Shown here one piece after another: positions 61,101 through 64,000 of a stretch of 64,000 nt of DNA. Source of the stretch: Ruditapes philippinarum (taxonomy: Eukaryota). The notes under the pieces were generated by a model, which did not search any database, had not been told where the DNA came from, and saw nothing but the letters and a program-made list of their open reading frames with translations. The translations under genes and the position numbers were made by a program. The stretch covers positions 1 through 64,000 of the forward strand of contig NW_026862991.1 in the NCBI RefSeq assembly GCF_026571515.1, written 5' to 3'. How positions within the stretch are numbered: the first letter of the stretch is position 1; the number at the start of each line of letters is the position of its first letter.

Positions 61101-63909
61101 CTACGATTACAAAGTAAATAAATACCAAGCAGCATCATACGTTGACAGACATGTTAACAATTTACTTTTCAAAATAGTTGCTTATATTTTTTGAAATGTG
61201 TACATCAATTATAACATATGTTCACACCTTTTAATTTGAAAGTCAGAATCAAACTGCAAAAATTTAATTACATGTACTATTAAGAACACGTTTTAGTAGG
61301 ATTTTTATAATAAGATAATTATCGCCGTTCAATAATTAACAGCCAATTATTCGTTGGTGCGTTTGTTTATTTAATTGCATTATTTGATTGTGAAACTTTG
61401 TTAAATAATAACATGTGTATTTATTAAATCTGTGAAATATTGTTTAATTACATTAAGATGAGACTTTAATAATCAGAACAAAGCATTGTTTGGAGTAACG
61501 GGCATCACTGGCCTGAAGTGGTGCGACCGGTAGACGTTGATTTTTTATTTGTTACTTTATTATTATTTTTTGGGGTGATATTGTTACGTATTTTGAACCA
61601 TAAAAAAATCTCCTCTACCCCTCCTGTGAAAATTAAATTGTCTGGTCAATACTTTATTATATTAATATTTCTCTACGATTCAACTAGATTTATCATAAAT
61701 CTAAAGATGTGGGGAAATGACATCACGCGCACCTGTTTTTATACGGCCAATACACAAACATGGACGCGACTACTGATTTATAGAAATCGGTGATTTAGCG
61801 ATTTAAATTATGTTATCATTCGTTTAATATTATTATTTGGCGGCAGAAAATTTGCAGATTTATTAGTTATAGTATTTTTTTTATGAAATCAAGTTTTTAT
61901 TCTAACCTTGTCTTTCCCTTTAAGCATTTGTGGCCACTTTAAAGGCGTTTAATTTCGGTGAACTTTTAATTTTGTGTGTAAATTATATAGGGTATCATGT
62001 CATTAGAGAATAAGTATAATTTGTTTATTGTATAAATCGCTTCATTCATCATGATAATAGAATTACAAAGGTACAGTCAAATGCGTACCTTCAAAAGGCT
62101 TTGTTACTTGTCCCCAATCGCAAAGAGTTTGATGCAGCTTAGTATTTTCAAAAACCTTATAAACTTTGCATGGAAAATGAGATTCAGTGCAAATGCTTAT
62201 TTCCGCAGACACTTGGTATTTTCTTTCTTCTTGTAAATCGTACACTTGATACCTGTTATAAGATAGAATGGGAGTAGTATTTACTTGTGTTGTTATTATA
62301 GATGGAAAGATTGTAAAAAGGATACATTTTTTTCGAACATGAGTACGTTCAATGACAATAATCCTGGTGTCTTTAAAAACTATGAAATGAAATGTATACG
62401 GTTAGCTGGTCCGTTGTCTAAATAATTTTTTCTTCCAAAGTAGCGGGCCACCAGGCATAAGGAAAAACATCGAATTTTTTTATCTATTTTACTATAACGC
62501 GATTTTTTAAACAGCGGCAAGAAGTCGAAACACCACTTTCAGAAAAATTTGTAATTATTGAAAATTTTCAAAAAAAGACTAAGGAATGACGAAAAATGTG
62601 TTAACGTTGGTGTTAAAACCAAAACATATATTCAATTAATGTGTTCAACGAATAACAAGATTTAACCAATTACCTGAAATAAAAATATCATGTATTCTGA
62701 ATTTAAAAATTAATTATCTATCAAACATAAAAAGGTAATAAGTGTTTAAACGTTATAAAAAGTATGCAAAAAAACGTCACCTTATTCGTGCAATACCAAA
62801 CAACCAAAATTCTTCAGTTGTACCAAAAGAATATTGTAATAAGGGAATTTCTCTTCTTAGGCGCTCAATTTGTATCGTAAGGGTATGCAAGCATGAGTCT
62901 ATATCCAGGCCGACCTGGAGGAAATATCCTATCTGATCCATAATTACACAGCAACTGACTGACGTACAATGACCCTGAAGCGAGCATTGTATGCCACTTG
63001 GTAGCGAGGGCAGCTGTGTAGATTTTGGACATTCTGCAAAATAAAAAAACCCAAAGTCCGGTAGAAAACACTTAAAACACTTCTTTATGTCAATATTTTA
63101 ATTACCAGTCGTTCTTTTAGCAACAAATCTTACAAAATTTTAATGAAGTACAAATTTTAACGAAGTGCGACAGATAATATTTTAAAGAAATGGTTGTTTG
63201 TTTTTTACTTACCATTGATCCATCCGTCTGAATTCCATGCTTGCTTTAATGAGCATTCATTTTCATTAAGGTAAGCACCAAGTCCTAAATCAGCAAGGAG
63301 ATCATTTCGTATATGTAGCTTAAGACTTTCATTTGCGTAAAGTCCATGCCCGGATAGCCATGTAGTAAGGGAAAAGTCTAAAATAGAAAGAATAAGTGTG
63401 TAAAATTGTTAACTGTTTTAAAGGGATGATCAAATTATGTATAAGTTCATTAATATGATTATCAGGTTTTATGATATAATTGTTACATCACATATCAGGC
63501 AAAACTACATATTACTTTTTTATTACAAAATACAATTTAATTACATCAGTGAATGTAATTTTTCATGTTATATGGATAAAATGTTAGAATAAATTTAGCA
63601 TCGGTTATGGCTACAGATGTGTTGGGCTCATACAAAGAAACAAAGACATTCTGGTTAAACAATCACATTTATCTAAGACTTAATAAATTTATTGTAAGTA
63701 CTTGATTATAACTGTTACAAAACATAGAATAACAGCTAGTAGTACCTGGAATATTGTAGCCTGTACTAAAGTTACAGATCTTTTTGGGGAGTAGTTGATT
63801 TTCCAATAATTCCAACTGTTTAGAACAGGTGCCAGCGGATTCCCAGCATTCTTCAAATGTTAGAGACACAAGAAATTCGTGTTTACTTGTAATATCATGT
63901 ACAGTGAAC
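108..63909 (-). CDS. Partial giant multi-exon gene: secreted/extracellular protein with ~17-18 tandem ~195-aa Cys-rich modules, two furin-type sites, beta-strand-rich domain, FN3/Ig-like and PAN/Apple-like domains (on the order of 4,000 aa within the window; both ends outside)
   Basis: Manual exon chaining on the minus strand: canonical GT/AG ends, matching intron phases between consecutive intact exons, recurring exon lengths (164, 165, 253, 43 nt), conserved Cys spacing and many N-glycosylation sequons. Confidence 0.9.
506..812 (-). CDS. Exon, FN3/Ig-like beta-sandwich region (phase 0-1)
   Basis: 307 nt AG/GT bounded; AVNEYPSGEPLYYTVYAENSAGTRAGVTCMLTTYDTTEP...YIGVGYGKGSYGDQLIPW; YYTVYAENxAG is FN3-like. 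Confidence 0.85.
1490..2603 (+). mobile_element. Helentron/pearl(CvA)-type non-autonomous element, 3' part, with ~6 tandem ~160-bp BIV160/Cg170-like core repeats
   Basis: Unit atatctaagctctagctctttggg...gggcggggccaattttgaccccaggg repeated at ~143-173 bp spacing; ggacggacgg microsatellite; terminal agctcac...caggtgagct inverted motif; family name is by resemblance only. Confidence 0.8.
3113..3316 (-). CDS. Exon with second furin-type site and start of FN3-like domain (phase 0-0)
   Basis: 204 nt AG/GT bounded; RRGKRSTSTCDISQIKNRDYTEPAFEISVAAADDKSNVKFFLDVGTFPAGSNVVNNRQLGGSSTVLAT; not in the ORF track. Confidence 0.85.
3569..3788 (-). CDS. Exon, beta-strand-rich segment (phase 2-0)
   Basis: 220 nt; LKMDMELIPISLRLKALVTLEVNLGFISMKKTLFSTNIWEYTAPSIRKNLIDVSTKEQDESPPQFSPVVNIKG; phases match neighbours. 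Confidence 0.85.
4041..4266 (-). CDS. Exon, Gly-rich beta-strand segment (phase 1-2)
   Basis: 226 nt; FGAGGYYGLNLGWEGKLIAQTAGATVVPYGGLTCWGEVGVGYLLYAKLRLEGDIMDLRFPTRAEIGFSKFPLDV; acceptor is a weak gaag. Confidence 0.8.
4270..4505. repeat. 26-bp minisatellite, ~9 copies
   Basis: tagtatggcaattaacatcatatg(a/g)a at 26-bp period (4281, 4307, 4333 ... 4489). Confidence 0.95.
4597..5858 (+). mobile_element. Helentron/pearl-type non-autonomous element with ~120-bp tandem core (second copy at 53987-55941)
   Basis: 5' end ctagaaatgtgtccataggacacgg(g/a)tgccccca shared with 53987; core gtcaagggcaataac...cattcctgtaaggtttcatgactctagg; ggac microsatellite; terminal gcccc...ggggc hairpin plus A-run. Confidence 0.85.
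6033..6195 (-). CDS. Exon (phase 0-1)
   Basis: 163 nt AG/GT bounded; YSEVIEKIFSGGNGNPFKSFDISLTGQFIIPRKNIIFFEFNTEFNIGGFIIVTF; not in the ORF track. Confidence 0.85.
6469..8052 (+). mobile_element. Helentron/pearl-type element with ~180-bp tandem core
   Basis: Starts aacaagagctgtcac...tgcccc; units gtgtgaccttgacctttgagg...gacaaagttacagtccggacacg at ~180-bp period; gacg/gaca microsatellite; ends ggggcataaaaa. Confidence 0.85.
8075..8301 (-). CDS. Exon, predicted helical segment (phase 1-0)
   Basis: 227 nt; DKIVGMIDEVNDIVTRTDQLFVVGMGLSKKGTELLGAELANMTIGDLEAMLETNKVDPTVIGKLVHDFIDLAKAL. Confidence 0.85.
8940..9096 (-). CDS. Exon (phase 0-1)
   Basis: 157 nt; SDQKAHVWEGEQLSDSDSSTSYAATVKALGEHNPQSMKHRQSEGYVKEDIKG. 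Confidence 0.8.
9389..9488 (-). CDS. Exon (phase 2-0)
   Basis: 100 nt; LGMDIKEAVTILISQGTSEENIQQFINDAIKYQ; bridges the phase-2 donor at 9664 and phase-0 acceptor at 9096. Confidence 0.8.
9664..9877 (-). CDS. Exon ending the repeat array; carries polybasic furin-type site (phase 1-2)
   Basis: 214 nt; PIHEAIADAIFIDMNVTNTASTSYDVSVTVIVCTSTQNSNDCQLNFRMSQSLKCSSRKRRRRRQAVQDVV; resembles a divergent D+A unit. Confidence 0.85.
10056..10256 (-). CDS. Divergent type-C module exon
   Basis: 201 nt, acceptor tttcttccag, donor gtaggt; CDTLPDELQNSCAWSPDCSGIQCCTEF...DCENSKFQYGLENKKW. Confidence 0.85.
11050..11115 (-). CDS. Short linker exon in type-B position (phase 1-1)
   Basis: 66 nt AG/GT bounded; ITHDFWRQPICTTENITATAS, retains one Cys. 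Confidence 0.65.
13112..13284 (-). CDS. Module exon A
   Basis: 173 nt phase 2-1; YMVTNVQSQHEFDLDISLQQCYETTCKQSTFTVAKDIRIPYPSC. Confidence 0.85.
13838..13880 (-). CDS. Module mini-exon D
   Basis: 43 nt phase 1-2; (G)TLHKLSTKGLWCT. Confidence 0.75.
14387..14587 (-). CDS. Module exon C
   Basis: 201 nt; GLEVIHYEPNASCIATKDNTSYDCCVESKVLGRNLWMNFTLDPC...GYEW. Confidence 0.85.
14848..14990. repeat. Dispersed repeat, inverted copy of 50001-50143
   Basis: gccggtgctagg...ggacggaagttt...ccgtccatgaacagactcaatcaaaccgagtctgc is the reverse complement of sequence at ~50035-50125. Confidence 0.8.
15125..15274 (-). CDS. Module exon B
   Basis: 150 nt; FSLDSWKSNNSLPPDAVLTDKQKDELMQQMGLNHFLLKEPC. Confidence 0.9.
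15447..15690 (+). mobile_element. tRNA-derived SINE (bivalve type), degenerate
   Basis: B-box-like ggtttgaatccc followed by agctatccagctagcttacg...gtgcccgttcgtgcctgaaataat...gcacttgaggtcttcc; related fragments at 29876-30051 and ~12630-12700. Confidence 0.7.
16246..16403 (-). CDS. Module exon A
   Basis: 158 nt; FMIDDSTENEYTINLRFKVCMESAFECNRDIEILRNHVVKRKCEFKPTFQIP. Confidence 0.9.
16682..16724 (-). CDS. Module mini-exon D
   Basis: 43 nt; (G)HYLTMSLNGFLRV. Confidence 0.85.
17081..17299 (-). CDS. Module exon C
   Basis: 219 nt; CADNVTLLNITDADTRISCNLQTSCSDLNCCF...DPCELKLTVGIEK. Confidence 0.9.
18039..18200 (-). CDS. Module exon B
   Basis: 162 nt; FSLMEWASHRNMNATKLPAYARKVLQRDLGISQFLKDSEC...YGWNS. 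Confidence 0.9.
18609..18772 (-). CDS. Module exon A
   Basis: 164 nt; FMVDYLVMSQSHVISLNISQCFESNEPC...SSEDCPINKNYRND. Confidence 0.9.
19133..19190. repeat. (TTA)n microsatellite
   Basis: Imperfect att/tta run. Confidence 0.85.
20226..21417 (-). mobile_element. Helentron/DINE-type element with ~162-bp tandem core; inverted copy of 44784-45754
   Basis: Sub-terminal inverted motif ctcgacta/tagtcgag at both ends, (cggcgt)n microsatellite, ~6 core units tgtgacaaggttcataactctagcacc. Confidence 0.88.
21511..21553 (-). CDS. Module mini-exon D
   Basis: 43 nt; (G)KEMTISLYSALKV. Confidence 0.85.
21758..22573. mobile_element. Foldback/MULE-like MITE with TIRs made of ~31-bp tandem repeats
   Basis: Left arm (agagtggacaaaaccccacacct)x~4, right arm its reverse complement x~4, AT-rich interior, ttaaaaa on both flanks. 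Confidence 0.75.
22599..22937. mobile_element. Kolobok-like MITE (TTAA TSD)
   Basis: ttaa|agcatcaagcctctaga ... tctggaggcatgtagct|ttaa, imperfect 17-bp TIR. Confidence 0.5.
22991..23185 (-). CDS. Module exon C
   Basis: 195 nt; CGAVPTFPPECSLSDTCSRISCCIQSDTLQRRIFYELDFDRCNHLINITIETL; not in the ORF track. Confidence 0.88.
23725..23877 (-). CDS. Module exon B
   Basis: 153 nt; FSLTQWKEDRNISIFGTLDHVEEIELMTDLGVYPYMMETEC. Confidence 0.9.
24275..24450 (-). mobile_element. tRNA-derived SINE remnant
   Basis: Minus strand reads cggtaatcaagtggtagg...ggttacgggttcgagttc (A- and B-box-like), no intact cloverleaf. Confidence 0.5.
24550..24710 (-). CDS. Module exon A
   Basis: 161 nt; YLIKDLPIQRVYVASVNLSICLDQENCRTEVDILRNDILPQSICEMNPGYTDK. 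Confidence 0.9.
25217..25469 (-). CDS. Module exon C+D fused
   Basis: 253 nt phase 1-2; CRSNVSFQTLPDHTKCFMDDTCSGFQCC...DPC...EFGAHNKFYLNGFVRL. Confidence 0.9.
25741..25771 (+). mobile_element. LTR-retrotransposon primer-binding-site remnant complementary to tRNA-Leu 3' end
   Basis: ...ctaCA|TGGtgttagtgatgggattcgagcccacgcc; reverse complement is ggcgtgggctcgaatcccatcactaacaCCA. Confidence 0.6.
25936..26552. mobile_element. piggyBac-like MITE
   Basis: TTAA|ccctttcccacat ... atgaggtaaaggg|TTAA; CCC termini and TTAA TSD. Confidence 0.75.
26588..26761 (-). CDS. Module exon B
   Basis: 174 nt; FKYEEWRNKSHYDSKQLPETGVEFYLSKIGVEPYLKTTHC...VGWTS. Confidence 0.88.
27969..29312 (-). mobile_element. PIF/Harbinger DNA transposon, internally deleted (non-autonomous)
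   Basis: Perfect 19-bp TIR aaggcccggtcacacagcc / ggctgtgtgaccgggcctt flanked by TA (or TAA in an offset reading); GC-rich; carries transposase N-terminus. Confidence 0.92.
28213..28688 (-). pseudogene. Harbinger (HARBI1-like) transposase N-terminal fragment lacking the DDE core
   Basis: WVRDWI...EDPRAFQNFMRM...LTPALTKETTNWRAPLDPGLKVALTLRHLASG...RVPHNTISLVLREVCAAI are typical Harbinger transposase motifs; similarity ends at DELL. Confidence 0.88.
29522..29685 (-). CDS. Module exon A
   Basis: 164 nt; LEISEPVKSQVYSVNLNASICLGENETCSTEVQILRDKYLTALPCDWSAGFLDE. Confidence 0.9.
29876..30051 (+). mobile_element. SINE fragment, same family as 15447-15690
   Basis: caggtgtccgttt...aatgcacggaagtgcacttgagg...gctggaaagt shared core; A-box-like gtggtcctatggtta. 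Confidence 0.55.
30171..30213 (-). CDS. Module mini-exon D
   Basis: 43 nt; (G)EMQTFTLYGVIKI. Confidence 0.88.
30720..30938 (-). CDS. Module exon C
   Basis: 219 nt; IALCPMNVVDLHVYGPATCSLTELCSGILCC...DACREEITVGLEK...FTW. Confidence 0.9.
31340..31480 (-). CDS. Module exon B
   Basis: 141 nt; FSLDKWMEAGNVSVIDEYQAVQLLEDVAVAPFMFSNEC. Confidence 0.88.
31928..32091 (-). CDS. Module exon A (first two Cys replaced)
   Basis: 164 nt; FMVVNLMYKNTYVLDLTVDIHLEAHKPVVLSVNVLDDVIMPQLPCEVNAGFIAK. Confidence 0.9.
33021..33185 (-). CDS. Module exon B
   Basis: 165 nt; FSLETWKLENGVNKGAPLSQNQFDVLANTLGIGQYLKENEC...DGWAN. Confidence 0.88.
33256..33769. mobile_element. hAT-like MITE
   Basis: Starts tagaggtgtaacgat, ends cacagcctct; aacgttt repeated on both flanks (approx. 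8-bp TSD); subterminal atcg motifs. Confidence 0.5.
33938..34082 (-). pseudogene. Indel-damaged module exon A
   Basis: Splice ends and LCFES motif recognisable, frame broken. Confidence 0.55.
34454..34494 (-). CDS. Module mini-exon D, 5' end runs into the N gap
   Basis: WDRFYLNGVYKL then gtgag donor. Confidence 0.75.
34495..34631. other. Assembly gap (137 N)
   Basis: Run of n. Confidence 1.
34869..35062 (-). pseudogene. Module exon C, 5' third frameshifted, remainder intact
   Basis: HCCLEVDIIKTSAQFYVTVDGCEKQLTVGIEKMNTVKDISDYKF|gtaag intact; upstream part out of frame. Confidence 0.75.
35700..36228 (-). pseudogene. Indel-damaged module exons A (36081-36228) and B (~35700-35850)
   Basis: Intact splice ends of A with LDDLKE and ICF remnants across frames; B ends QNGWNT|gtac. 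Confidence 0.6.
37344..38148 (-). pseudogene. Indel-damaged module exons B (37988-38148) and C (~37344-37535)
   Basis: B-type acceptor ttcag|ACTTC and C-type end F-G|gta at expected spacing; interiors garbled. Confidence 0.45.
39232..39395 (-). CDS. Module exon A, open frame but acceptor AG not present
   Basis: TVNDLFWSNIYIVDLKLSICFESSSSCQVESQIFKSTVLPKKICDWESVNSVE|gtaag; TG where AG expected. Confidence 0.75.
41227..41811 (-). pseudogene. Indel-damaged module exons A (41647-41811) and B (41227-41385)
   Basis: YSVDDL...LTVQMAVCL and CDIRSSFVIA remnants in A; B ends WNG. Confidence 0.55.
41950..42352 (+). mobile_element. 5' part of the same BIV160-like Helentron family as 1490-2603
   Basis: aacaagaggcc...gctcacctg (complement of the caggtgagc at ~2590) followed by 2-3 indel-rich core units. 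Confidence 0.75.
42386..42428 (-). CDS. Module mini-exon D
   Basis: 43 nt; (G)KEKQFDLFGVIRM. Confidence 0.88.
42647..42856 (-). CDS. Module exon C
   Basis: 210 nt; CLLDVLLPNLQDNILCTLSKTCNAIDCC...DRCKMTLTVAIEK...DYDW. Confidence 0.92.
42971..43123 (-). CDS. Module exon B
   Basis: 153 nt; FSMKKWLADKGLVSGLVEVLPMSMLYEELGISTYLKEDVC. Confidence 0.9.
43397..43560 (-). CDS. Module exon A
   Basis: 164 nt; FVIEDLRNEGVLLMTLDIEICYYAKKTC...RKPVCDMSTGYKIK. Confidence 0.92.
43768..44020 (-). CDS. Module exon C+D fused
   Basis: 253 nt; CPYVIDLPELLDSTQCRIPTFCTGIECC...DFGEEKIVSLQGVFKL. Confidence 0.92.
44351..44515 (-). CDS. Module exon B
   Basis: 165 nt; FDLDIWYKAHGLSPDNDLTEKYTHILYNDLNLSPYIGEPC...GWAN. 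Confidence 0.9.
44784..45754 (+). mobile_element. Helentron/DINE-type element, same subfamily as 20226-21417, opposite orientation
   Basis: aacaagagctgtcac...ctcgacta 5' end; ~160-bp core; ggacgc microsatellite; ends tatagtcgagctaaa. Confidence 0.88.
45779..45942 (-). CDS. Module exon A
   Basis: 164 nt; VSVYNLGGEGKYIVNMNLSVCLEASAACQTNVQVLKNAVLPKLNCDWDAHFIDQ. Confidence 0.92.
46149..46407 (-). CDS. Module exon C+D fused
   Basis: 259 nt; CPRTLTTGLQNLPHNVYCTIGQSCTDVECC...YTWGQTEHLWLYGVIRM. Confidence 0.92.
46628..46789 (-). CDS. Module exon B
   Basis: 162 nt; FSLQKWISNEGLTAGKPLDSYYSSKLLNSLNLSPFLNETSC. Confidence 0.9.
47312..47475 (-). CDS. Module exon A
   Basis: 164 nt; FSFFDLQNEKKIMSNAKLSVCFESSSSC...PKESCKWNRDYVTK. 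Confidence 0.9.
47911..49564 (+). mobile_element. 5'-truncated L1/Tx1-clade LINE (ORF2 C-terminus incl. zf-RVT region, 3'UTR, A-rich tail)
   Basis: GKITVLKTFAMPKLIY...FLWD..PDKISR...GGLKMLD...SWVKR and TKLQSFQYK...CDFC...ESNVHVFWEC motifs, broken by stops/frameshifts; aataaa plus A tail; TSD gaaagca at 47904-47910 and 49565-49571. Confidence 0.9.
49778..49956 (-). pseudogene. Possible indel-damaged module exon A
   Basis: Acceptor cag|ATTT and KLPKL remnant at expected position; frame broken. Confidence 0.35.
50001..50143. repeat. Dispersed repeat, inverted copy of 14848-14990
   Basis: gcagactcggtttgattgag...gttcatggacgg...cctagcaccggc. Confidence 0.8.
50773..50979 (-). CDS. Module exon C
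   Basis: 207 nt; CPFTNTKALPSSMSCTLNSACTKLECC...DVCKSIVEVNIEK; its partner D exon is not found intact. Confidence 0.88.
51445..51609 (-). CDS. Module exon B
   Basis: 165 nt; FSLLEWKLQNELQTDVPLEKPFSDILLEDLGLSTYINDIEC...YGWEN. Confidence 0.9.
51912..52081 (-). CDS. Module exon A
   Basis: 170 nt; FVLENLDGENAFVLTLTTKACLESNGTC...KRFCDYSTMETFPIK. Confidence 0.9.
52456..52705 (-). CDS. Module exon C+D fused
   Basis: 250 nt; CALSHLLHSLPSELKCYLSTCNDMNCC...DWNKEQEIYLKGIIRL. Confidence 0.92.
52956..53126 (-). CDS. Module exon B
   Basis: 171 nt; FSISGWIKNRGYTLDQSISDLDYSALMSDLGLPRYLSQGQC. Confidence 0.9.
53207..56736 (+). mobile_element. Helentron/DINE-type host element with two kinds of tandem core, interrupted by a nested element
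   Basis: 5' aacaagaactgtc...gctcgactattcgaa and 3' ttcgaatagtcgagctaaa inverted motifs; ~170-bp units (53.5-53.9 kb) and ~162-bp units (55.95-56.66 kb). Confidence 0.85.
53987..55941 (+). mobile_element. Nested Helentron/pearl-type element (family of 4597-5858) with expanded tandem core
   Basis: Same termini as 4597 copy; splits a host unit gatgtacattgtaactataa|...|agtattgtaa with no TSD. Confidence 0.88.
56842..57005 (-). CDS. Module exon A
   Basis: 164 nt; FRLYDLQEEEAYAIDLDVSVCLESGGACSLKQTVLSQAVLPKPQCALAEGFKKS. Confidence 0.92.
57185..58287 (+). mobile_element. Pearl/CvA-like Helentron-type element, indel-rich
   Basis: aacaagaaatgtc...atgcccccc 5' end (duplicated at ~57353), gaccttgacctttgaccc units, terminal cccctcttcttcgaaggggg hairpin plus cataaaaa. 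Confidence 0.8.
58417..58653 (-). pseudogene. Indel-damaged module exon C+D
   Basis: CTGYSRPSKPLGPISCHLSSTCMDIEC intact, remainder frameshifted with FWLQ remnant. Confidence 0.7.
58997..59168 (-). pseudogene. Module exon B with net frameshift (172 nt)
   Basis: FSLANWID... then LPAFTLENFIRLGIADFLSESQC...GINN in another frame; splice ends intact. Confidence 0.75.
59265..59730 (+). mobile_element. Short Helentron/pearl-type element
   Basis: acaagagc start, two core-like units (aaggg(t/c)..ataa, cctgtaaagtt), (gaca)n microsatellite near 3' end. Confidence 0.6.
62089..62252 (-). CDS. Module exon A
   Basis: 164 nt; YQVYDLQEERKYQVSAEISICTESHFPC...HQTLCDWGQVTKPFE. Confidence 0.92.
62781..63033 (-). 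CDS. Module exon C+D fused
   Basis: 253 nt; CPKSTQLPSLPSGIQCSLQGHCTSVSCC...DSCLHTLTIQIER...SFGTTEEFWLFGIARI; not in the ORF track in this frame. Confidence 0.92.
63213..63377 (-). CDS. Module exon B
   Basis: 165 nt; FSLTTWLSGHGLYANESLKLHIRNDLLADLGLGAYLNENEC...DGWIN. Confidence 0.92.
63746..63909 (-). CDS. Module exon A
   Basis: 164 nt; FTVHDITSKHEFLVSLTFEECWESAGTC...PKKICNFSTGYNIP. Confidence 0.92.
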
Positions 63910-64000
63910 CTGAAACATTCCAGTAATTGAGAAATAATAACGCTCGCCGATTAAAACTTATTGAAAAACATCTCAAACAAGAAGTATCTTTTAACAAGAG

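Noticed and set aside
489-63869. Treating the many short minus-strand ORFs as separate small Cys-rich genes or an operon
   Set aside because: Similarity starts and stops at AG/GT boundaries with matching phases; the ORF-track starts and tails are intronic
108-63909. Naming the gene vitellogenin/apolipophorin, Dscam or a mucin
   Set aside because: No diagnostic LPD_N, VWD, Ig-array or PTS sequence is visible in the window; no symbol can be justified

Overview
AT-rich eukaryotic genomic DNA, most likely a bivalve mollusc (inference from SINE and Helentron/pearl-type repeat content; oyster-like). The whole window lies inside ONE very large spliced gene on the minus strand; neither its start nor its stop is in the window. 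I could rebuild about 50 GT-AG exons with consistent phases. From 63.9 kb down to ~10 kb they encode ~17-18 tandem copies of an unnamed ~195-aa, 10-Cys extracellular module. Each module is built from exon types A (~164 nt, phase 2-1), B (~141-174 nt, 1-1), C (~195-219 nt, 1-1) and D (43 nt, 1-2; fused to C in some copies). These are followed by a polybasic furin-type site (SRKRRRRR/Q), a ~375-aa helical plus Gly-rich beta-strand segment, a second furin-type site (RRGKR/S), FN3/Ig-like beta-sandwich exons and a PAN/Apple-like exon. Several module copies (mainly 32.3-42.3 kb around an N gap, plus ~49.6-50.5 kb and ~57.2-59.2 kb) are riddled with indels. This more likely reflects unpolished long-read sequence than true pseudo-exons. 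Introns contain about ten Helentron/pearl-type non-autonomous elements with satellite-like cores (one nested), a deleted PIF/Harbinger transposon, a 5'-truncated L1/Tx1 LINE with TSD, piggyBac-, hAT-, Kolobok- and foldback-like MITEs, SINEs, a tRNA-Leu PBS remnant and a 26-bp minisatellite. No prokaryotic systems, CRISPR arrays or intact RNA genes are supported.
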